A stretch of 64,000 bases of DNA from Eledone cirrhosa. Its lineage: Eukaryota. Under the pieces are notes generated by a model that saw only the letters and a program-made list of their open reading frames with translations, was not told the origin of the DNA and did no database searches. A program made the translations under genes and the position numbers. The stretch covers positions 198,338,001-198,402,000 of the forward strand of contig OZ024741.1 in assembly GCA_964016885.1 (NCBI GenBank), given 5' to 3'. This document shows positions 56,027 to 64,000 of the stretch, in pieces (the first letter of the stretch is position 1; each line of letters starts with the position of its first letter).

Positions 56027-56214
56027 TGTTTCTACGTTTGGCACAAGGCCAGCAATTATCCCAGTGCATTACTGGTACTTTATTTTATCGACCCTGTAAG
56101 GATGAAAGGCAAAGTTAACATCGGCGGGATTTGAACTCAGAATGGCAAGGGCCGTAACTCTATGCGTCAAAGCATGGCGTCCAACACTCTACTGATACTG
56201 CCAATCTGCCGCCC
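56027..56214 (-). mobile_element. SINE family A
   Basis: Family sequence; imperfect TSD AATTTTG(G/C)CAATTAAT. Confidence 0.88.
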
Positions 56215-56865
56215 TATAATTTTGCCAATTAATAAAAGATAATTGGCATGGTTTCAGACATAAAAAGACTGGCTTAACATCACATATTTAGTTATTCAAA
56301 TATTTCAATGTTGTTGTGGGTTTATACTTAATTCTTAACATTTAGCAGAATATATCTAAACACGGGTTTATTAATTCAAATGTTTATAGAATCGTTTACT
56401 AGTTGAAAGATTATTGTGAAAATTTTCAGTAAACTAAATATTTAAATGTTTAATGTGATACAGTGATAGTGTTGTTTTGAACTTTTCAAAAATGTCTTGC
56501 TAATGTGATATGATGTAATACAGGATGTTAAGAGTTAATCTTCTTCAAAAGCCCCAAAAAATCTTTGTTCTAGTTATATCTAAAGATATTTTTGTCCTAA
56601 TATTTCAGGACTTAAAAATCCCTTCCTGAGAGAGTGGGGAACTGTCAGAGCAAAATGTTCCAATTTGTTGTATATAAAGTCGTATATGATATGTTTATGT
56701 ATAATAAACATATATACCTCACTACAAATATTTTCAGCTAGGATAATATCTAAGTAGCCATCTGAGAAAGCCAGTAAATATCCTGAAACACTAGTGTCTA
56801 ACATGATTGCAACTTAAAACATTCATAGCAAGACTTATATATATATTTACTATTCATAAACATAG

Positions 56866-57082
56866 GGTGGTGGATTAAGCAGTACCAGTAGAGCATCAGA
56901 CATCATGCTTTGTAGCATATAGTTACAGCCCTTTACATTCTGAGTTCAAATCCTGCCGAGGTTAGCTTTGTCTTTCATCTTTAAGTGGTTGATAAAATAA
57001 AGGACCAGTAACGCACTGGGGATCAATTTAATCGATTTCCCCTCCCCCAAAATTGTTGACCATGCCTAAATCAGAAACCATT
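56866..57082 (+). mobile_element. SINE family A long form
   Basis: Family sequence, ending about 85 bp upstream of exon 4. Confidence 0.8.
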
Positions 57083-57167
57083 ATACATAAACATATACCT
57101 CTATATTGAATAGCACTGTGTTAGTGCTATTGTTAATTAATCTACACATTATACTCTTGTATTTCAG

Positions 57168-57292
57168 GAATTGATTTTGCTGCATTAGCAGAATTTTACC
57201 AAGAAACTGTAGATAAAGAAGTATCAAGGCGAGCATTTGCAATTCATAAAAATATCCAAGCTTTCCAAGAAACTTGCAACTCATTTGAAAAG
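57168..57292 (+). CDS. ECH1: ECH1-like exon 4 (gene continues beyond the window)
   Basis: TTTCAG acceptor; GIDFAALAEFYQETVDKEVSRRAFAIHKNIQAFQETCNSFEK; AAG|GT donor, phase 0. Parallels mammalian GIDL...DVAR...YQETFNVIER. Confidence 0.9.
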
Positions 57293-59334
57293 GTAGTTTA
57301 CCATGTTTCAGTTAGGGCTACCATATTTACAATGAAATACGCTACCTGTGATTTCATTTAAGTTTTAAAATAATAAAAATTGAGGCGCATTTAGTAACAT
57401 AACTAACTTTCTCATTATTAAGTTGGTGTTTAATAGATAACTTAAGAAAAGATTCTTTCAAAAAATTGTAATGGGAGGTTTAAATTTGAACATAAACTCT
57501 TTAAAACAAACAATTTCCATCATAGAACCAGAGGTTGTTTCAGGTGGATGAGTGCCAATAGGGTTAAAATATAGTCTCATTTGAAACCCTCCAGGTGGTT
57601 TTCTCTTAGTGTGTGTTTCGTAATGTATCTATCAATGTATGTAAAGGGAATACTGCAATAAAATGTTTTTCTCTGCAAAACGGTTACCCCCCACCTCCTT
57701 GCCAATTTAATTAAACAAAGGTGAGATATGAATCAGTAATAAGCAGAGGTATTGTTAATACAGCCTGGTGCACACCTTCATTGGGATTCAAACCCATACC
57801 TATTTTTTTTAAATAACAATATAAAAAAGGGGGATGAGAGGACCCTCCATTAGTGTCAAAGATATGACAACCTCTCCTGAGCACTTGGTAGAATGTAAGA
57901 CTGTACCATAAATGAGATGCAGACCTCCTTCGCCTGTCTGGGAGGTCAATAGCCCTGCTTCAATATTGACTTGGTCTATGTAGACCCATTCAACCCTTGC
58001 TAGCAGGGAAAGTGAACATTAATGATGATGATGATGAATTACTTGTAACACACTGGGGTCGATTTAATCAACTTTCTCCTCCCCCAAAATGTTTGGCCTT
58101 GTACCTGAATCAGAAAATATTAATTATGAGCAATGCTGTATAGTATGTTAGTGTGTGTATGTATGCATTTATGTCTACAATATAGATATGTGTGTGTAGG
58201 CATTTATGCCTATACAATATATGTGTATGTATGCATTTATGTGTACAATATATGTGTATGCATTTATGTTTACAATATATATATGTGTGTGTATATATGT
58301 ATATATATATATATTCAAATTTTCCAGTTTGTCATTGAAAGTGGAAGAGGCGTAGTCAATATTGTTTATCCAACTATTATTGTAAGACTCAAGTTTCACA
58401 CTGACACAATCAGTGTTATTCTTTTGTCCTATATACACAGGTGCAGGTTTATTTTATGTGAGAGGTACTCTCTACGAATGTTGACACTTTTCATTTACCA
58501 ATTAACCTTGTAAAGTGGTTGGTGATAGGAAAGGCATCCAGCTGTAGAAACCATACCAAAACAGGGCTGAGAAGACTTTTCATTTGTGTTAATGGCACAA
58601 TGGCCTCTCTAATGTTGGTGCCATGATAAAACACACCTGGTGAACTCTGTAGAATGTGGGAATGTATGTAAGCAAAATGCAGTCCCGCCCATCAGGTCAG
58701 TAGCTGCAATTATGTAATGACTTAGTCTATGATGATCTTCACCATCATCCACTTTATCCAGCAACATTGCTGAGTCCATGGCCTTTATAATACACTCTAG
58801 TCATTTTACAAAGTAAAAAGAGGTGCTATATTTTGAGGCTGGATGTCCTTCCTGATGCCACATGCAGTAATTCCCTGACTGAATTATTTGATCCCAACCG
58901 TTGATCCATTAGGATTCTTCTGCATCAGAAGTAACAGACATTAGATGATTAAAATGATGATCCTGGCTATAATTCTTGTTTTTTAATCATTATCATATTG
59001 ATTTTCATTGGTCAGTATATATATATATATATATATATATAGCACTCACTGTAAATGAGGTTGGTGTTAGGAAGGGCATCCAGCTGTAGAAATCAAGCCA
59101 GATCAGTTCCTGTATGAGCAAGGCATGGTCAGCCGACCAGACACTGCCCACAACAGGACAACCCGTCTAACCCATGCTAGCGTGGAAGAACGGACGTAAA
59201 ACGGTGATGATGATGATGATGATAGCGAAGGAAAAGTGGTAAGGAACCAGTGGTACAGAATTAGCCGTCGAAACGGCTTGAGCTCAGCCGTCGGGGTCTT
59301 ACTTACTCCTATATATATATATATATATATATAT

Positions 59335-59700
59335 CAGGGGCGAAGGGTCCATGCATGCAACATATGCAGTGCATGTGTTATAGAATCTTGAGTTGATCAA
59401 TTGCGTCGGTTGAAGCAAGCAGAATTTTGGCTGCTTACTAAAACGTATAGACACAAAAAAAGATAACACACACACACAAACGCACGACAGCTTTGGGGCA
59501 AGCAGAATTTTGACTGCTTACTAAATCGTAGACACATAAAAAGATAGCATACACACACACTAGATAACACTACATGCGGCTTTGACCGGGAGGGTCATTT
59601 AGAGGGAATTGGTGGGGGGGGGGGTTAGGCTGCACAGCCCCACTTTCCGCCATGGCGATTGGACTGCATGCCTTGCTTTCCAGGTTACCCTTCGCCACTG
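59335..59700. mobile_element. hAT-like MITE with internal direct repeat
   Basis: TIRs CAGGGGCGAAGGGT / ACCCTTCGCCACTG; the AAGCAGAATTTTG...CACACACA block is duplicated. Confidence 0.75.
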
Positions 59701-59705
59701 GTATG

Positions 59706-59740
<35 letters not shown>

Positions 59741-59921
59741 AAAAACCTGGTGCAGTATAAGTATATTTATTGTCTTTACGTTTTTTCAACCTGATTAGAT
59801 TATTCTCTGCAAAATATTAGTTATGTAGTTTCCTATGATATTGGCAGTGTGCAAAGCTCTGAGGCCTTACATCTTTCACTCTAATTCCCTCACATGATTC
59901 ACTCTAATTCCCTCACATGAT

Positions 59922-60108
59922 TGGTGATTTGGCAGTATCGGTAGAGAGTCGGGCGCCATGCTTTTCAGCATAGTTACGTCCCTTTACGGTCTGAGTTCAA
60001 ATCCTGTTGAGGTTAACTTTGCCTTTCATCCTTACGGGGGTTGATAAAATAAAGTACCAGTAATGCACTGGGTAATTGCTGGCCTTGTGCCAAAAGTAGA
60101 AACAATTA
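59922..60108 (+). mobile_element. SINE family A
   Basis: Family sequence; preceded by a 23-bp tandem duplication CACTCTAATTCCCTCACATGATT. Confidence 0.88.
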
Positions 60109-60346
60109 TATCTATATACTACTAAAACTCTGTGATTATGTCTTGTCTGTAATTTAATACAGCCAAAATGGTGCATAATGGGAAAATACTTTGAAATGGG
60201 AATACAAATGGAATAAAACAAGTTTCGCGTAAATCAGAGCACAGGTTCCCAAGATACGGGGTTTTTCCGGGTACTTTCATAAATAAAGAGAGAGAAAGAG
60301 ATAGTAGTTATAAGAGAGTAGATTGAAAGACACCCATATATATATT

Positions 60347-60384
<38 letters not shown>

Positions 60385-60654
60385 AAATATTTTTTACATA
60401 ATTAAAATACACACATATCTGTGTATATTTTAATTATGTAAAAAATATTTTTAAGTAAACATGACCCAACGAGTCACAGGTGGTCTAGTATTATATATCG
60501 ATCTCTTTTGATATGTATGTGTGTGCGTGTATATATATATATATATTTATTTATAAACATACCGTGTTTCTTTAGAAATACAAAATTTCTACACATATCT
60601 GTATACAGCTACGCCTGAAGCTAAATCCTATTTCTATTCTATATATATATAAAT

Positions 60655-61209
60655 ATATAATAAAATAAAAAAAGGACGAGTCGTTACTCCTTCATTATGT
60701 TTATTGGTTGGTGACGTACGTTTTGCCACCGATCAGCTCAAGGTTCGATCTGTATCGATCTAACCTGACTCCGTAATCAATGGCTCATTGATTACAGAGT
60801 CGGGCTAGATCGATACGGATCGAACCTAGAGCTGATCAGTGGCAAAACGTACGTCACCAACTATTAAACGTAATGAAGGAGTAACCACTCGTCCTTGTTT
60901 TATTTTATTATATTACACTCAGGTGGATTGGCAGTATCGGTAGAGAGTCGGACGCCATGCTTTGACGCATAGAGTTACGGCCCTTGCCATTCTGAGTTCA
61001 AATCCCGCCGAGGTTAACTTTGCCTTTCATCCTTATGGGGTCGATAAAATAAAGTACCAGTAATGCACTGGGTATTTGCTGGCCTTGTGCCTAAAGTAGA
61101 AACAATTATAATACACTCTGTCTAGCTCTACACCTTGATACAGACGGGGACCTAAACATCGAGTGCTCACCCGGGTGAACCTACAGTAACTTCGTGTTAC
61201 ACTCCCTGG
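60655..61209 (+). mobile_element. Fold-back element E (about 260-bp palindrome) with a SINE inserted in its tail
   Basis: Palindrome 60655-60914; SINE at 60921-61110 flanked by TACACTC; GAGTGCTC at 61161. Confidence 0.82.
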
Positions 61210-61551
61210 ATATATATATATATATATATAATATATATATATATATACACACACACAGAGAGAGAATAACTAACTTGATGTTGAACTTGTTCAATACAAA
61301 AATGGAACACTATCTGATTTAAATATGAACTCAATATTTTCTAATTCTTCAGTGCTTAAAACCTGTAATCGCAGCAGTTCATGGTGCCTGTATTGGATTT
61401 GGTGTGGATCTAATTTCTGCTTGTGACATGAGATATTGTACCAAAGATTCATGGTTCCAAATAAAAGTAAGTAGCTCCCGTGATTTGACCAATGCCTTGT
61501 GGATGAAATTTGGTAGCAGAAATTGCAGAAGCCTGTCATGTATATATATAT

Positions 61552-61872
61552 CATTTCATTTCATTTCATTTTAAGTCCGCTTTTTCCCTGCTTGCAAGGG
61601 TGGGACGGGAACTGATTCTGGCTTGATTTCTACAGCTGGATGCCCTTCCTAACACCAACTTCATTTACAGTGAGTGCTGGGTGCTTTTTTTCCGTGGCGC
61701 CTACACGTCCACTTTACAGTGTGGGCTGGGTGATTTTTTGCCGTGACACCTCCACAACCATTTTGCAGTGGAATGATAGGGACCCCAGTCCCTATCATCT
61801 CATTTCTACAGCTGAGTAAACTGGAGCAATGTGAAATAAAGTGTCTTACTCAAGGAAACAACACATCACCCC
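61552..61872 (-). mobile_element. CORE-type SINE (family B) with RTE-related tail
   Basis: CCTTGAG(C/T)AAGACACTTTATTTCACATTGCTCCAGTTTACTCAGCTGTAGAAATG resembles the CORE domain. Confidence 0.8.
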
Positions 61873-61898
61873 ATATACAGATATGTATATATATATAT

Positions 61899-62148
61899 AT
61901 AGGAAAATGTATGACCCCGACGGTAGAGCTCAAGCCATTTCGACAGCTATTCCTGGACTAAACTAGAATTTTTAACTAGCTGAAAATTCTAGTTTAGTCT
62001 AGAAATAGCCGTCGAAACGGCTTCAGCTCTGCCGTCGGGGTCATACCTTTTCCTATTACCCACTCTACTACCCTAAGTATTGAGTACTCTGGTGCGTTAT
62101 GGCCCATCCATCTGGTGCGTTATGGTTCCTTACCACAACTCCTTCGTT
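61899..62148 (+). mobile_element. Fold-back element D
   Basis: Palindrome 61899-62056; ACTC at 62062, GAGTACTC at 62082. A related partial copy lies at 59225-59311. Confidence 0.82.
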
Positions 62149-62169
62149 ATATATATATATATATGTATA

Positions 62170-62275
62170 CTAGCTGGCCTGTCCGGCTGGCGCCCGGCAA
62201 TGTGTACCTGCCCCCACCATTCCACTGCAAAGATACCACACACCCTCCCGTGTCACATTGTCCTTCCGACTATCC

Positions 62276-62333
<58 letters not shown>

Positions 62334-63515
62334 CAATTCTCAGACCGGGTGATGTGTTGTTTCCTTGAGCAAGACACTTTATTTCACATTGCTCCAGTTT
62401 ACTCAGCTGTAGAAATGAGATGATAGGGACTAGGGTCCCTATCATTCCACTACAAAGTGGTCGTGGAGGTGCCACGGCAAAAATGCACCCACCAGTCACT
62501 GTAAATGAGGTTGGTGTTAGGAAGGGCATCCAGCTGCAGAAATCAAGCCAGAGTCAGTTCCTGTCCCACCCTTGCAAGCAGGGAAAAAGCGGACGTAAAA
62601 TGAAATGATGATGATGATGATATATATATTGAAGGGAGATACGGAAACTAAAACAGTGTTGTCATATAGAGAGTGAGGAGCGACAGAGTGAATAAAGCAG
62701 TTAAATTATAGAGAGGGGGAATGATCTTACATACATACATATAAAGTATAGATATGTGTGTGTGTGTGTTTGTGTATGTGTGTATCTGCATGTGTGTGTC
62801 TGTGTTTTGTTTTGATGGTATCCGGCAATTGGCGAAATCAGGTGTGAAAGTATATGTATTTGTGTGTGTGTGTGTGTGTTACTTATGCGAACGACAACAG
62901 AAAACATGTGTGGGATACATACATTATTACATTTGTATTTTCGTTCTGCAACCATTATATTATGATATTTGTATCCAAATGATTTTAGATGTATGTATTA
63001 CCTGCTTGCCCATCCCTCTGTTTCTCTTTCCGTCTCTCTCTCTCTCCTCTCTCCCTTTAGATGTGTGTGTGTGTAGCTTTCCTAATCTGTCTCTTTCACT
63101 CTCTGTCTCTCTAAGAGGGTTGCCTTTTGATGTATGTATTACCTGCCTGTGTGTTGACCGAATTTGAAGGAGGTTATCCTTTTGAAATAAACATACATAC
63201 GACGCTCATCTCAATGTTAACATATTGAAGGTAGATACGGAAAGTAAAAGAGTGTTGTCATATAGAGAGTGGAGAGAGACAGAGAGTAAAGCAGTTAAAT
63301 TATAGAGAGGGTGAAAGAGGGGGAGAGAGAGAGAGAGAGAGAGACGACACTCAGCTTTATAATATATGAGAGTGAAGAGCGACAGAGAGAGTAAAGCAGT
63401 TAAATTATAGAGAGGGGGAAGAGCGATAGAGAGAGTAAAGCTAAGAAACTATAGGGAGGTGTGTAGGATACATACATACATAATACATACACACTCAGCT
63501 TTATAATATTATAGA
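62170..63515 (-). mobile_element. Non-autonomous Helitron-like element with both termini
   Basis: Minus-strand 5' end A|TCTATAATATTATAAAGCTGAG at 63515; 3' end CCGGGCGCCAGCCGG...CTAG|T at 62170; internal duplications at about 62625 and 63222. Confidence 0.7.
62334..62620 (+). mobile_element. CORE-type SINE family B, 5'-truncated, nested in the Helitron
   Basis: Inverted homolog of 61552-61872. Confidence 0.82.
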
Positions 63516-63521
63516 TATATG

Positions 63522-63675
63522 TGCGCATGGCTTAGTGGTTAGAGCATTGGGTTTCCAATCGAAAGATTGTGAGTTCAATTCTAGGACCGGGTGATGTGTT
63601 GTTTCCTTGAGCAAGACACTTTATTTCACATTGCTCCAGTTTACTCAGCTGTAGAAATGAGATGATAGGACTGGG
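63522..63675 (+). mobile_element. CORE SINE head (tRNA-like A/B boxes) abutting an antisense RTE fragment (63672-64000)
   Basis: TGGCTTAGTGG A box, GAGTTCAATTC B box, then CORE; followed by minus-strand RRLRLYGHVMR. Confidence 0.78.
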
Positions 63676-64000
63676 GTCTTCTGTATTACTGCGTGGCACC
63701 AAAGATCTCAATCCAGTGACATTGTCTTAGAGAGATGCAAGTGTGCAAGGTCAGAATTTATCATGTGGTCCCAGGTTTTTCTGGGTCTACCTACTCCATA
63801 ATTTCCATCAATTTTGATCGCCCTGCACTTTTTTATACAACTGTCGTCTTTAATGCGCATCACGTGACCATACAAACGTAATCTTCTCTCAAGTAAACAG
63901 CATCTGATCCCTCTTATTCCTAATTTAGTTCATTTATGTTTTGCCATTTGTGTATATTACTATTACACATCCAACGGTGCATGCATGCCTCGTTACTTTC

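Noticed and set aside
63522-63590. tRNA gene
   Set aside because: A and B boxes are present, but there is no proper acceptor stem and it continues into a CORE domain, so it is a SINE head.
57293-64000. ECH1 exon 5 (expected CxKPVIAAVHG...GGG)
   Set aside because: No such coding segment was seen; it probably lies beyond the window.

Overview
Eukaryotic, repeat-saturated genomic DNA, most likely from an octopod cephalopod (inferred from the SINE and LINE repertoire). No prokaryotic operon or CRISPR is present. The one host gene I can support is the 5' half of an ECH1-like dienoyl-CoA isomerase (crotonase family) on the + strand. It has 4 coding exons (29512-29542, 36199-36364, 54979-55067, 57168-57292) with canonical GT/AG sites and matching phases. 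The rest is mobile DNA: two Tx1/L1-clade LINEs, R4/Dong-like REL LINEs, RTE LINEs with a PHD finger inside the RT region, two Penelope-like relics, CR1 and CRE fragments, tRNA-derived SINEs, Helitron ends, Sola2, piggyBac and hAT derivatives, a probable solo LTR inside a 31-bp minisatellite, and many microsatellites. The most interesting signals are: (1) five sequence-distinct fold-back elements in (TA)n that all place the same ACTC...GAGT(A/G)C hairpin just after the palindrome, some with half a hammerhead core in the arms; (2) an apparently intact minimal hammerhead ribozyme at 22117-22171 (-) plus decayed relatives; (3) a chain of LINE families inserting into each other's (TAA)n tails; (4) an ORF1 swap between two Tx1 copies with near-identical ORF2. 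All family assignments and identities are by eye, not computed.
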